A DNA stretch of 54,493 bases from Prorocentrum cordatum (taxonomy: Eukaryota), in the NCBI GenBank assembly GCA_963575745.1, contig CAUYUJ010000235.1:62001-116493 (forward strand). The letters are read 5' to 3'. The notes below the pieces were generated by a model. The model was given only the letters and a program-made list of their open reading frames with translations. It searched no databases and was not told the DNA's origin. Made by a program: the position numbers and the translations under genes. Position 1 is the first letter of the stretch. Every line of letters begins with the position of its first letter. Of the stretch, positions 35,640 through 50,335 are shown piece by piece.

Positions 35640-36570
35640 ATTCCTCTCCAAAAGGTTCCAGTTGTTGGTTCCCGCAGGATCCTTCTGGGGCGTTTCCCAA
35701 AGGATTGCAAGTATTATTGATTATAACATAACGCGTGTTGTTTTACAAGCGCTTCCCAAAGGATCCCTGTTGTGAGGCCATCACATTGAATTCCTGTGTT
35801 GCCCTTCGCACAGCGTTCCAAGCGCGATGCTTTACAATCGGATAACTTCGTGGTGCTTCCCAAAGGGTTCCTCCCGTGATGCTTCCCAAAAGAAACCCTC
35901 AGCAGTGTTTTCTAAACGGTTTTGTTCAGGATGTGTTCCAACATGATTTGTTTGTCATGGTTCCGAGCGGGTTCGCGCGGCGAGGCCATATAAACCATGT
36001 GGGTTGTTGTCCGAAGGATTCTTGTTGCGGGCGCTCCCACACAACCCTTTAGTGTGATGTCCAAAGGATCTCTGTTGTGAGGCCTTCCGATGCAACCTTC
36101 TAGATTATTTTCCATTGTATTATTGATGCGAGGTTGTCCCCACAGAGTTACCTCTGAAGCGTTTTCCAAAGGATTCCAAGTATGATTGTGTCTAAATGTG
36201 TTTGTAGCGCTCTCCAAGGGTCCCTCTTGTGAGGCCATTCACTGGAGTCCCTGCGTAGCACTTCTCAGAGTTCCGAGCGCGAGACTTTCCGATGCGATCC
36301 TTTTGTTGTGTGTTCCTTACCGATTCCAGATGTGAGGTTTTCCCACATAATCTCTTTGTGGCGCTTTCCGAAGGATTCCTCCTGTGACGCTTTCCAATAA
36401 AACCATTAGCTTTCCAAACGGCTCCGCGCATGCGGCTTTGTAATCGAACCCCTTGGTAATGATGTCCAGCAAATTCCTGTTGCGAGACCATAGAGTATGC
36501 TTGTTGTGCTTTTAAAGCGGGTTACCTTGTGATGTTTCCCATAGAATCCCGCAGTCGGCTTTCCAACGGA
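35640..36570 (+). repeat. Decayed AT-richer tandem repeat (ttccaaaggat(t/c)cc...gttgtgaggcc)
   Basis: The motif recurs at about 35692, 35752, 35856, 36058, 36162, 36210, 36363 and 36462. Confidence 0.65.
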
Positions 36571-37186
36571 ATCGTCGTATGATGCGTTTTAATCGAAACA
36601 TGAAGTGACCTGTTTCGGGAAGAAGCTAGCAGAATGATGGTATAGTTTAAGAGAAAAAGAGAGCGAGATAACAACGAAAGATAACAACATATAAATAAAG
36701 AACGCGAGAGAGATGTTGATATATAGAAGGTTTATAACGAAGAAGAGGGAAAGGGCTACGACAGGTCCTGTGGAACCCCGTGTGACTCCACGCTTTACCA
36801 GTCTCTTTTCCTCCTCCTCCTCCTCATCATCCTCCTCTTCCTCCTCCTCCTCCTCTCACCTCTTCCTTCCCCTCCTCCTTTTCCGCCTTCGTTTCCTCCT
36901 CCTGTTCCTCCTCCTCTTTTTTTCCTTTCTCTTCTCCTCTTCCTCTTCCCTCTCCTCTCCTCCTCGTCCTGCTGCTCCTCCCCCTCCTCCTCCTGCTCCC
37001 CCCTCCTCCTCCTCCTCCTCCTCCTCCCCTCCTCCTCCTCCTCCTCCTCCTCCTCCCTTCCATCTTCCTCCTCCTCCTCCTCCTCCTCATCTCCCTCTTC
37101 CGTCCCTCACACCTTCCTTCTCGTCGCCGCCCCCTCCTTCCCCCTCCACCGTTTCTCCTCCCTTGTCCCTTGCTGCTCGCCCGCAG

Positions 37187-37365
37187 GCGGAAAGGGCGAA
37201 GTTCGCGAGCGCGCGATGCGCCGAGCGCCANNNNNNNNNNNNNNNNNNNNNNNNNNNNNNNNNNNNNNNNNNNNNNNNNNNNNNNNNNNNNNNNNNNNNN
37301 NNNNNNNNNNNNNNNNNNNNNNNNNNNNNNAGAGCGGTGCCCACAGCGCTGCATTCGCAGCTGCA
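37187..37365 (+). CDS. Candidate second exon of the host gene, broken by the gap
   Basis: Polypyrimidine then ccgcag|G acceptor at 37186; AERAKFASARCAER..(gap)..ERCPQRCIR. Donor not resolved. Confidence 0.3.
37231..37330. other. Assembly gap (100 N)
   Basis: Run of N. Confidence 1.
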
Positions 37366-39569
37366 CGTGGCCGGGCCCTTCGCCGGGATCTCATTTTTTT
37401 GCCTGCTCCCGGGGGGGCCCTCGTGGCCACGGCGGGGCGCAGCTCGAAGAACTGGCCGGACGGGCCCAGGGGGAGGAGGCGTCGGGCCCAGGGGGAGGAG
37501 GCTCCTCCTCCTCCTCCTCCTCCCTCCCCTCCCTCATTTCCTCCTCCTCCTCCTCCTCCCTCCTCCTCCTCCCTCCTCCTCCTCCTCATCCTCCCTCGTC
37601 TCCCCTCCTCCCTCCTCCCTTCCCTCCCATCCTCCCTCCGCCTCCTCCCTCTCCTCTCCTCCTCCCTCCCCACTCCTCCCTCCTCCCTCCCCTCCCTCCT
37701 CTCCATCCTCCTCCCTCATCGCTCCTCCCCTCCTCCCTCCCTCCCCTCCTCCCCCCCTCCTCCCCCTCCCTCCTCCCTCTCCCCTCTCCCTCCTCCTCCT
37801 CCCCTCCCTCCCTCTCCTCTCCTCCTCCCTCCTCTCTCCTCCTCCTACTCTCGCTCCTCCTCCTCCTCCTCCTCCTCCTCCTCCTCCTCCTCCTCCTCCT
37901 CCTCCTCCTTATCCCCCGATGACCCCAGGGACCCACCGAAGCACCGGGACACCCGAGGGCACCATCGAAGATCGATGAGGAACGTGTCCCTGTCTGTTCT
38001 TTCTGGGGGGCAGGATTTCGTAGCAGATGCGCCGGCGGATCGGGGAAGTTTTGGATGCACGCGACGCGGCCGGCCGTGGCGAGGTCGGGGTCCACATGTG
38101 GCCAGATGTCTTTCCAGCGCTCGGCCCTCCCGTGGCCAGGGAAGGCTGGCCCTCCACGTGTGCATCGAGCGTGCTGCTTCCGTGTGACGCACGAGTGATG
38201 CCAGCCATGCGTGTGTCCCAGCCTCCTGGCAGGTTTCCCCGTGCTGCGATCTCGGCAGACCCTTCCCGGAGGGCCCCGAAGCCTCCACAAGTCGGGGTTA
38301 TGATTCCGATCGTGTCGTTGACAACTTGCACGCGCCAGCCCATGAACATGACCAGGCAATAGCAGGAGGAAACGGAGCAGCAGCAGGTAGAGGAGGATGC
38401 CCATCATGAATACGATCACGACAAGGCAGCGGTGGGAGGAGAAGGGGGATGGAGGAGAACCAGGAGGCAGATGCGGAGAAGGAGGCAGAGAAGGAGGAGG
38501 AAGAGAGTACCCCCAACGGGGATATGCATCCCAGGACCCCGGTAAGCTGGATACACGTTTGTGGGAGCGCTCACCGCTAATCAGGGCCGCGCGTCGGCGA
38601 GTCTAGCAACGTCTCGTTTGTCCACCCCATTGCCTGTCCTCCTGGCGGCCCTAGAAACAGTTATAAAACTCTGTCGTACCTCCTTGAGCTCTTCTTTGGA
38701 GCCTTACCTAGATCTTTGGCCCCTCTGACAGCCTCCTCCTGCACTCTCCCACCTTCATCCAGTCCATGTCCTCCTCCCTCCACCCTTTTCCGTCCTCCTC
38801 ATGCTCATCCTCCTCATGCGCATCTTCCTTCTTTATTTTCCTGCTCCTCAAACCTCCCATGGTCCCTCTCCTCCTTCTCCCCCCTGCCTTCTCTCTGCTC
38901 CTCTCCTTCGTCTCACCCATCCCTCCTCCCTCCATCCCTTCCCATTTCTGGCATCTTCTTCGATGTTTCAACTCTCTCCATCCCACAACGATTTCGAGAT
39001 TATAGTTTCCCCAACTTCTGTTCTAATGAACTGGGCCTGACGATCGGTCTGGGCGCTATGTAGTTGCCATTGCCGCCCCGTCGCCGCCTCGTCGCCGCTC
39101 GTCGTCTGGGCCTGTGTGTCGGTCGTGGCGGCTATGTAGTCGCCGCCGCCGTCGCCACGTCGCCGCCTCGTCGCCGCTTCGCCGCCGCTCTAGATTGCAC
39201 AGCACAGATTGCACCGCATAAAGCGCACAACCTATTTAGCACCACCTACAGTGCACAACATCTACTGCACCACATAAGTTGCACCACATGGATTGCGCCT
39301 CATAGATTGCACAACATACCTTGCGAAACATATATTGCTAAGCACTCTGCTTGGGGTCCAGTCTGGCTAACATTGGTTTATGAATATAGCACACTCGGTT
39401 TAATTCCTGCTCCTCCTCCTTCTTCTCCGCTTGCCTCCCTCCCTGCTTCCCTGCCTGCCTCCCCCCCTCCCCCCACTCCTTCCCCTCAGCCGTCCATTGC
39501 TCCCCCTCCCCTCCCCCCCCCGCCCCTCCGCCCCACACCCCCTCCACTCCGGCCCCCCGCCCCCCTCAC

Positions 39570-39735
39570 CCAGTCAGTTTGGCTTTGTGGGATGTGTGGG
39601 TGTTACCGGCACCAGTTGCTGGACGGACTCGGCCGTCCATGTGTTCGCCCCACCCCCACAGGCTTGAATCAGTATCTCTCCGGAATCGCTCGTGGGCTTT
39701 GGCCAAAGGTTTCGAGCATGACGGAGAAGGCCACC
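39570..39735 (+). pseudogene. 3' ZnF-like fragment of a LINE B-type element
   Basis: WLCGMCGCY..LDGLGRPC..P...YLSGIARGLWP parallels FC*NCGSF..LRGLAEIC..P...RLRQGRYP at 23440-23580. Confidence 0.6.
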
Positions 39736-40096
39736 AGACGTGACAGTACGTCATGAGGGTCGGCCCTCTGTTGTATTGCATGTCTCTCTCCAGCACTGCC
39801 GATTGCCATTGCACCTCTGGCACTGCCACACTCCCAACTCCAGCTCCAGTTGCCCCGCCCAAGCTCGGCGGCCAAGTGCAGCGCCGTGTACCTCCACGAC
39901 GACGGCGGCGAGGAGTCATGGGGGGAGGAGGAGGAGGAGGAGGAGGAGGAGGAGGAGGAGGAGGAGGAGGAGGAGGAGGAGGAGGAGGAGGAGGAGAAGG
40001 AGGAAGAAATGCTTATCGAATCCCAGTTCCAGCTCCAGTTGCCCCGCCATTTCCTCCCCCCTCCGGCCTCTGCCCCTCCGCCACCCGCGGCCGCAG

Positions 40097-40207
40097 GCGC
40101 GCGGCGAGTGGATGGGCAACGACTGCAGCCGGGGCGCCATCGTGGAGCGGTTCGAGTCGCTCAGCCGGCTCGTGGGGCCAGAGGTGGCCCTGGACTCTGC
40201 CACCAAG
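40097..40207 (+). CDS. Host gene exon (helical repeat protein, mTERF-like repeats)
   Basis: ccgcag|G acceptor and AAG|GA donor; 111 nt, phase 0; ARGEWMGNDCSRGAIVERFESLSRLVGPEVALDSATK joins the next exon in frame. Confidence 0.65.
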
Positions 40208-41354
40208 GACCTGCCGAGGAAGGGCCCCGAACAGGAGGAGGGGGAGGAGGAGGAGGGGGGGGAGGGGGGGGAGAGGGGGAAGAGGAAGGGGAGGAGGGAG
40301 GAGGAGGAGGAGGAGGAGGAGGAGGAGGAGGTGGAGGTGGAGGTGGAGGGGGGAGAAGGTGGGGGGGGGGGAGAGGGCCTGATGATGATGATGATGAGGA
40401 GGAGGAGGAGGAGGAGGAGGAGGAGGAGGAGGAGGAGGAGGAGGAAGGTGTGGAGGGTGAGGATTGTCTGGAGAAGGAGGAGGTGGAGCCGAAGGAGGCA
40501 AATTGGGAAGAGGGCTTCGACGTGTGCAGCCCGTCTTGGAGCCCCGCTGACGGCTGGCTCCGCCTCGAGTTCCTGGGCGGAAGGCGCCCGAGGAGAGGCC
40601 GGAGAATCCCCACCAGGGCTCAATGCCTGGAGGATGGAGGAGCGCGCGGTGACGTCAGGGAAGGGAAGGGGAGGGGGCACGTCCCATAACTGTCGGGAAG
40701 CAACGGGCGCCGCGGCCGTTCCAGGCCGCTCCGAGAATGAGCAAGCCTGGAAAAGGAGTGGGGGGGATCAAAGCCTGCCACCACTACACAGATGGAGGGC
40801 GGAGGAGCATACAAGTGGTTAGCTCCTCCGAGGCGGACACGTGGTGGGTAGCGCCTCCCGCGGGCACAGCGCACGCCACCCTGTACGGGGTCCGAGCGGC
40901 GGGCTCCCGAGAGTACACCCACCACGAGGCTGGACAGGCGGCGGTAGACAAACACTCTGGGCAGGCTGTGCCGCCCGGAGAGGGAGGGAGAGAGGAGGGG
41001 AGCAGCAGGCAGGCAACGACCAACGCGCAGGCGGGGGGCCGGGGCCGGCGGGACGAGGCGGGCGGGCGGGCAGGCGGGAGGGGAGGTAAGCAGAGGGCTG
41101 CAGGCGGGAGGGGAGGGGGGGGGGGGGGGGCGCAGAGCTGCACGAGACGTGCCAGCAAGCTGTGGGGGGTCCCGGGAGGCGCCAGGGAGGGGCGGGGGCC
41201 GCCGACCCTCCTCCCCAGAGCGCCCACGGCCTCGAGGGCGGCGGTCTGGGACTCCGCGTCGGGTGCAGTGGCTTGTCAGGCAGCGGCGCAGCGCCCTGGC
41301 GCGCCCATAGCCCGACCAAGCAATGTTCTAAGAACCTTTTTTGTGGCTTCCACG

Positions 41355-41377
41355 AGAAATGTTCTTCGAACATTTCT
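41355..41377. repeat. Perfect 10-bp hairpin within an AT-rich island
   Basis: agaaatgttc-ttc-gaacatttct; neighbouring ttctaaga/tcttaga motifs at 41325-41465. Confidence 0.8.
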
Positions 41378-42061
41378 GGCGGGGTCTGTCTTGTTTTATC
41401 ACTTCGGGTTTCTGTTCTAAGAGCACTATTCTTCTTCTTAGAGCATTTCTGGGTGCTAAGAACATGTCGTGGTATGACTGTAGGACTGCCGGGACGGTCG
41501 GTCCCTGCTCAAAGCTTGTTCCTTCCGTTCTGGAGGATGTCCTCTCTGTCCGTGCGCTACGGATCGTCTCGAAGGTCCCGGCGGCTCCTCGGAGGACCCT
41601 CGGAGGCCTTCGGCGGCCCGCGGGGGCTCCTCGGCGGCCCTCGGAGGCGTCGCCGCCACACCCTTCGAAGCTCGAGGCTTCGGGGCTTCGAGCATCGGGG
41701 CCTGAGGTGTGTTGTTGGTCCTTGGTTGGGCTTCAGACGCAGGCCCCCCAAGGCGACATACGAATACGTGGGCTTGAGTGAGGTTTGGGGTATGGCCTTG
41801 AGGGTATGTCTTGAAGGTACTGGAGTCTCTGGGGCTCTGCCAGCCAGACCCTGCCTCCCCAGAGGGTCCAAAGCATCTAGGACGAAACCTCCGATCGCGT
41901 CACGAATTCTTCGTCCAATCTGGGCGTTAGCTGTCCTTGGTTCTGAGGGCTTAGGGAGCTCCCTCACCCCCTCCTCTCCCCTCCCCCTCTTCTGTCCTCA
42001 CGCCTCCTCATTCTCCTTCATTCGCTCTCCTCCTCCTCCTCCTCCTCGTCCTGGTCCTCTT

Positions 42062-42074
42062 CTTCATCATCATT

Positions 42075-42141
<67 letters not shown>

Positions 42142-42307
42142 GCATCAGCATCAGCATCAGCATCGTCATCATCATCGTCATCATCATCAGCAGCATCATC
42201 ATCAGCAGCAGCATCAGCATCATCATCGTCATTGTCACCACCACTACCATCAGCATCATCATCGACATCAGCATAATCACCATCATCATCATCATCATCA
42301 TCACCAC

Positions 42308-42358
<51 letters not shown>

Positions 42359-42784
42359 TCAAGTGTGTCGGTTCGGTTGTAACGCTGTGGGAGGTGATGC
42401 AATTGAGCATTACGTGAGTTGCCCCATAATTCGTCCTGTGCTCGCTCGCCGTCTGCCTCTGCTTCCTTGTTTGTGGGGGGGAACGGGGATCATTTGTTTG
42501 CGCGTTTTTGTCACCGATACCCTTGGCCTCTCTCAAGCGAATGGTTGAACTATCGTTGTCGCGTTTTACCTCCTGTCCTCCTCCTTCAACTCTCTCAGGG
42601 TGCGCCATCTTGGTTCAACTGAGAAGGCGCACGAATGCATTTACAGCCGTCTCCGTGCGCTGTCTTCGGCGTCGAGAGCTGCACGACAGCTTCCCCAGGG
42701 GAGCGACCCATTCGGGTCGCTCAAATTGTCACCATCGCGTCGCCGTGGTTGCTGCCACCGTCACCTGCCGTGCGCCGAGTGCTG

Positions 42785-42824
<40 letters not shown>

Positions 42825-42833
42825 GCATCATCA

Positions 42834-42886
<53 letters not shown>

Positions 42887-43066
42887 ATCGTCATTACCAC
42901 CACCATCAGCATCAGCATCAGCATCAGCATCATCATCATCATCATCATCAGCATCAGCATCAGCATCAGCATCAGCATCATCATCATCAGCAGCATAAGC
43001 ATCAGCAGCATCATCATCATCAGCAGCAGCATAAGCATCAGCAGCATCATCATCAGCATCATCATC
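42062..43066. repeat. (CAT/CAG)n tracts flanking a LINE scrap
   Basis: Tracts at 42062-42358 and 42785-43066. Confidence 0.95.
42360..42780 (+). pseudogene. 3' CCHC zinc-knuckle fragment of a LINE
   Basis: CRFGCNAVGGDAIEHYVSCP, a C-x3-C...D..EH...CP motif. Confidence 0.7.
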
Positions 43067-43202
43067 CCCTTCGTAGGAGGAGGGGCGCGTCGCTGGCCTC
43101 GGGCGAGTTAGTCAAGCCCTGACCGCCCCTCCCTTCTCCCCGTTTTATTATGGGCAGCGAGCCTTCTCCTCCTCCTCTTCCTCCTCGCCCCCTTCCTCCA
43201 AG

Positions 43203-43340
43203 GACCCCATCATCCTGATGTGGGGGGCAGAGTCCCTGAGGGAGGGCTGGACCGCTTTGAAGCAGCTGGAGGAGGACGAGCCCACGATCGCCGCCGCCAG
43301 CGTCGTGCGGAAGAACCCTCGGATTCTCACTATCACCATG
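43203..43340 (+). CDS. Host gene exon (not in ORF track)
   Basis: cctccaag|G acceptor; DPIILMWGAESLREGWTALKQLEEDEPTIAAASVVRKNPRILTITM; phase 0 with the 40207 donor. The 3' donor (ATG|GC) is uncertain. Confidence 0.7.
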
Positions 43341-44914
43341 GCGGCCCAGCCTTCGGCCGCGAATCAGTCGGACCGACACTGACACTGGCCAGGCCAGCAG
43401 GGAGCCAGATATTCGGGGTCCCCCGCATGGTGCGGTGACCACACCATGTGGTGAGTCAGTGGGGGTTGGGGGGTCACCGCACGGTGTTGGGTGGGTCGAT
43501 TTCCGAGGACGTCTCATCTCGGGCGGCTGGGGCCTCCAGGGTCACAAAGCAGTTTGGCGGCGGACCGTGCGGTGATTTCTTTGGGGATTCCGAGGTCACC
43601 GCACGGTTGTGGGCCCCCAAAGATACACACGCAATCCGATTCGGCGGTGTCCTGGCAACTCCTCCAGCCTGGCAGGGGGCTGCCTAGAGCACCCGTGATC
43701 TGAGCGGGCAAGAATGAAGTGCAGGATGAGGAAGAGGAGGAGGAGGAGGAGGAGGAGGAGGAGGAGGAGGAAGAGGAGAAGGAGGAGGAGGAGGTGGAGG
43801 GGTATGTCAAGTCTTGTTTCCGTTCCGGACCCTACCCCCCTGGAGGCCTCCGGAGGCCCCCAGACGGGAGAACATGTCTCAGGAGGGAAAAAAACAAGGA
43901 CACGATGATCGACGATCCCTAAGAAAAGGTTGGAAAATACGGGAATTGGGATGGGGAATATTGTATTTGTGTGTATTTCTTGGTGTGTCCTTGGGCCCCT
44001 TGAATGTCAAACATCAAGAGTCGGCCGAACGTGTGCAGAAGCGTGCCTCCTGGACCTTCCAAGGCCCAGTGCAGATCCGAGTTGGAGGAGGAGATGGGTG
44101 CGGAGCCTGGGCAGGCGCCCCGTCCGGTGGCTCCTCTTGGCTTCCTGGCTCGGGGAGGAGAATCATCCTCATCTCTCAAAAAAGTAGCAGAGTACGAATA
44201 GTTGTTTAGCTCCAGCTCCGGCAGCAGACCGAGTTTCGGCATCTATATACTTGAAACTGGCGCTCCCGATGATTGCTGTCGATTGCTGTGCCGAACAGCT
44301 CTGCAGCTCATCTGCAGCTCGAGAGTTGCGGAAGGGCGGTATAGGGCTGCGGCAGGAGGCATCGCGAAAGCTGCCGCAGCCGCTCGCCGCCCTCCCGCCC
44401 AGCGCGCTCCTCGAGGCACGGCCGCTCTCTCCGCCCCTCCTGCCGTGTCCCCGCTGGGGGGCCACATGGGAACCCTACCCCTACCCCCCACGATTTCTGG
44501 GGAGAGGGTGGGGTCCACTTCGTTCGGGAGCTCCTGAAATCGTGGGGGGTAGGGGTAGGGGTAGGGGGTAGGGTTCGCAGGTGGCCCCCTAGGGGGTAGT
44601 GTAGGGGGTAGGGGGTAGGGGTAGGGGGTCTAGCCAGCTCGAGCGAGTCAAGCATGGCATGCCCATTCCCACCCGCCCTCCCACAACATAAGAAACAGTG
44701 ATGGCACAACTGGGGGCTGTGCGGGCATTCAAGTGCGAGTGGAGGATACCCCAGGACACCGCATTGACGTCCGCGCGGGATGTGCGCCGCGTCCCATTCC
44801 TGCCACGCATTTCGCATCGTCGACGACAAGACTGGCCATGTTGAAAGGAACAACGGACACGTTCCGCCCTCCCACAACATAAGACACAATGCTGGCGCAA
44901 CTGGGTGCTGGTGC

Positions 44915-44920
44915 GTAGTG

Positions 44921-44952
<32 letters not shown>

Positions 44953-44992
44953 CGTCGTAGTAGTCGTAGTAGTCGTAGTAGTCGTAGTAGTC

Positions 44993-45054
<62 letters not shown>

Positions 45055-45057
45055 TAC

Positions 45058-45113
<56 letters not shown>

Positions 45114-45126
45114 CAGTAGTAGTAGT

Positions 45127-45158
<32 letters not shown>

Positions 45159-45607
45159 TAGTAGTAGTAGTCGTAGAAGTAGTAGTAGTAGTAGTAGTAG
45201 TACTAATAGTAGAGTAGTAGTAGTAGTAAGTAGTAGTAGTAGTAGTAGTACTAGTAGTGGTAGGGTGTATTGGTAGTAGTAGTAGTAGTAGTAGTACTAA
45301 GTGGTAGTAGTAGTCGTAGAGTAGTTAGTAGTAGCAGTAGTAGTAGTAGTGTAGTCGTAGTAAGTCGTAGTAGTAGTAGTTGTAGTAGTAGTAGTAGTAT
45401 AGTAGTAATAGCAGTAGTCGTAATAGTAGTAGTAGTGTAGTTGTAGTAGTAGTAGTAGAAGTAGTAGTACTAGTAGTAGTAGAAGTCGTAGTAGTAGTAG
45501 TAGTAGTAGAAGTAGTAGTCGTAGTAGTAGTAGTAGTAGTAGAAGTAGTAGTTGTAGTAGTGGCAGCACTAGTAGTGGTAGTGGTAGTGGTAGTGTTAGT
45601 GGTACTG

Positions 45608-45653
<46 letters not shown>

Positions 45654-45655
45654 AC

Positions 45656-45695
<40 letters not shown>

Positions 45696-45924
45696 AGTGG
45701 GGATACGAATAGGTAGTAGTACGAGTAGTACGAGTAATAATACGAGTATTATAAGCAGAAGTACTACAGGTAGTACAAGTACTCGTACGAGTCGTAGTAC
45801 AGAGTAGTAGCACTATGGAAGTAGAAGTACTAGTAATACTTTTACTACTGCTAGACTAGTAGTAATGCCATTGGTAGTACAATGTGCAGAACACGTAGTA
45901 GCAGGAGTAGTAGTAGTAGTAGTC

Positions 45925-45970
<46 letters not shown>

Positions 45971-46075
45971 CAGTAATAGTAGTAGTAGTAGTAGTAGTAG
46001 TAGTCGTAGTAGTAGTTGTAGTAGTAGTAGTAGTCGTAGTAGTAGTAGTAGTTGTTGTAGTAGCAGTAATAGTAA

Positions 46076-46113
<38 letters not shown>

Positions 46114-46155
46114 ATAGTAGTAGTAGTAGTAGTACTAGTAGTAGTAGTAGAAGTC

Positions 46156-46201
<46 letters not shown>

Positions 46202-46230
46202 TAGTAGTAGTAGTAGTAGTAGTAGTGTAG
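44915..46230. repeat. (GTA)n microsatellite block 1
   Basis: Directly visible; shares an embedded island (gagtggggatacgaat...) with block 2. Confidence 0.95.
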
Positions 46231-48224
46231 TCGTACCAATGGTACTAGTAGCACTACTCAAGATGGGAGGGCCCGCAGACCGCATGGACGTCCGCGCGCG
46301 ATGCGCGCCGCGTCCCACTCCTGCCACATCTTTCGCACCGTCGGCGACAAGGCAGGCCATGCTGAGAGGAAACATCGAAGACTTTGTATTGATTTTTTAC
46401 AGTCAGGGTGGGCGGGCCCAGATTGACTGCCGCGCGCGATGTGCGCCGCGTCCCATTCCTGTTACGTTGTTCGCATCGTCGACGACAAGAAAGACGATGT
46501 TGAGAAGGAAAACTGCCACTTTGTATTGATTTGTTGTATTGATTTTTTGCAGTCCGGATGGGAGGTCCCGGATTGGGCCGCTATCGGCCGGAATACGAGG
46601 TAGGTGGGGGTATATAGTAATAAGGAACAAGGATGGGGGGGTTAGGGGGCAGGGGGCAGGGGGTAGGGGTCAAGCTAGCCAGCTCGAGCGAGTCAAGCAT
46701 GGCATGCCCAGTCCCACCCGCCCTCCCACAACATAAGAAACAGTGATGGCACAACTGGGGGCTGCGCGGGCATTTCAGCGTCGCAGGTCCCAGAGCGCTG
46801 ACTTCCAGGTCCCAGAGCGCCCCAGGAACGCCCCAAGAGAGCCGAGACGCCCCCGAGACGATCCGAGGGGCCTTGAGTCGCCGAAAGATCGATCCAAGAC
46901 GCCCAAGATGGCCTCCAGACGGCCGCAGACGCCGCCAAGAACCCGCGGGGAGCCTCAGGAGGCCCTCCAAAAGCCTGGACAAGCAAAAACCTCCCAGGCA
47001 TTCGTCACCCCAGGGCCTCCTGGAACGCCCCGGCGCCCAATGAATTGGCGAGCTAAAAACGTGCGCCGGGCCAAAGCGGGAGCGCAACTTTGAGAAAATT
47101 TCGTTCGGCGCCCAAGCGGGAAGATCATTTCATTCACTTCGAGCGGGGGGGGGTGTGCCGCGCCCAATTCTTGCCATGCACTTTTCCGGGGTGGACGACA
47201 AGAACAGCTATGTGGGCAGGGAAAATCAGCATGGCATTGTTGCTGACAAGTAAGGTGGCCCCTCCCGCCTTGGGGTTGCCGCAAGAGTCCGCGCGCGATG
47301 CGCGCCGCGCCCCATTCCTGCCACGCATTTCGCACCGTCGACGACAAGACAGGCCATGATGAAAGGAGAAACGGTAACTCTGCATTGTTTTTAACAGTCA
47401 GGATGGGAGGGCCCGCGGCCCGCATGGACGTCCGCGCGCGATGCGCGCCGCGTCCCACTCCTGCCACATAATTCGCACCGTCGGCGACAAGGCAGGCCAT
47501 GCTGAGAGGAAAAAGCGGAGACTTTGTATGGATATTTTACAGTCAGGATGGGCGGGCCCGGATTGACGGCCGCGCGCGGGATGTGCGCCGCGTACCATAT
47601 GTGCGCCGCGTCCCACTGCTGCCACATATTTCGCACCGTCGGCGACAAGGCAGGCCATGCTGAGAGGAAAAAACGAAGACTCTGTATTGATTGTTTACAG
47701 TCACGATGGGCGGGCCCAGATTGACTGCCGCGCGCGATGTGCGCCGCGTCCCATTCCTGCCACGTTTTTCGCATCGTCGACGACAAGAAAGACGATGTTG
47801 AGAAGAAAAACTGCCACTTTGTATTGATTTTTGTTACAGTCCGGATGAGAGGTCCCGGATTGGGCCGCTATCGGCCGGAATGAAAGGCAGGTGGGGGTAT
47901 ATTCTAATAAGGAACAAGGATATGGGTAGGGGTCAAGCTAGCCAGCTCGAGCGAGTCAAGCATGGCATGCCCATTCCCACCCGCCCTCCCACAACATAAC
48001 AAACAATGATGGCACAACTGGGGGCAGCGCGGGCATTTAAGTGCGAGTGGAGGGTACCCCAGGACACCGCATTGACGTCCGCGCGGGATGCGTGCCGCGT
48101 CCCATTCCCGCCACGCATTTCGCCTCGTCGACGACAAGACTGGCCATGTTGAAATGAACAACGGACACGTTCCCCCTCCCCACAACATAAGAAACAATGC
48201 TGGCGCAACTGGGTGCTGGCGCGT

Positions 48225-49555
<1,331 letters not shown>

Positions 49556-50335
49556 AATGGTACGAGTAGCACTAGTCAGGATGGGAGGGCCCGCAGCCCG
49601 CATGGACGTCCGCGCGCAATGTGCGCCGCGTCCCACTCCTGCCACATATTTCGCTCCGTCGGCGACAAGGCAGGCCATGCTGAGAGGAAGAAACGAAGAC
49701 TTCGTATTGTTTTTTACAGTCAGGGTGGGCGGGCCCAGATTGACTGCCGCGCGCGATGTGCGCCGCGTCCCATTCCTGTTACGTCGTTCGCATCGTCGAC
49801 GACAAGAAAGACGATGTTGAGAAGAGAAACGGCAACTTTGTATTGATTTTTTAGAATCCGGATGGTAGGTCCCGGATTGGGCCGCTATCGGCGGGAATAC
49901 GAGGTAGGTGGGGGTAGATTCTAATAAGGAACAAGGATGAGGGGGTAGGGGTAGGGGGCGAAGTGAACCCCACCCTCCCACTCAGAGATCGTGGGGGGTC
50001 CGGGGCAGGGTTCGCATGTGGCCCCCTAGGGGGTAGTGTAGGGGGTGGGGGGTAGGGGTAGGGGGTAGGGGGGTAGGGGGTAGGGGGTAGGGGTAGGGGT
50101 AGGGGTAGGGGTAGGGGGTAGGGGTAGGGGGCGAAGTGAACCCCACCCTCCCACTCAGAGACTCAGAGATCGTGGGGGGCGAGGGGTAGGGTTCGCATGT
50201 GGCCCCCTAGCCGCTGGACGATGCGGAGAGCTCCTGCTCAACGCGCGTCGCGCCGTCGGCTCCGGCCCGCGCCGCGGCCCGGCCCCCGGGCGTCAAGGCC
50301 CCCTTCATAGCCTTTCGGAGCCGCCGGGCCCCCCC

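Larger units (their letters stand above)
36805..37910. repeat. (CCT)n-rich polypyrimidine tracts around an assembly gap
   Basis: Directly visible. Confidence 0.9.

Noticed and set aside
50040..50130. Telomeric repeat
   Set aside because: The unit is GGGGTA rather than TTTAGGG, and it is internal to a repeat element.
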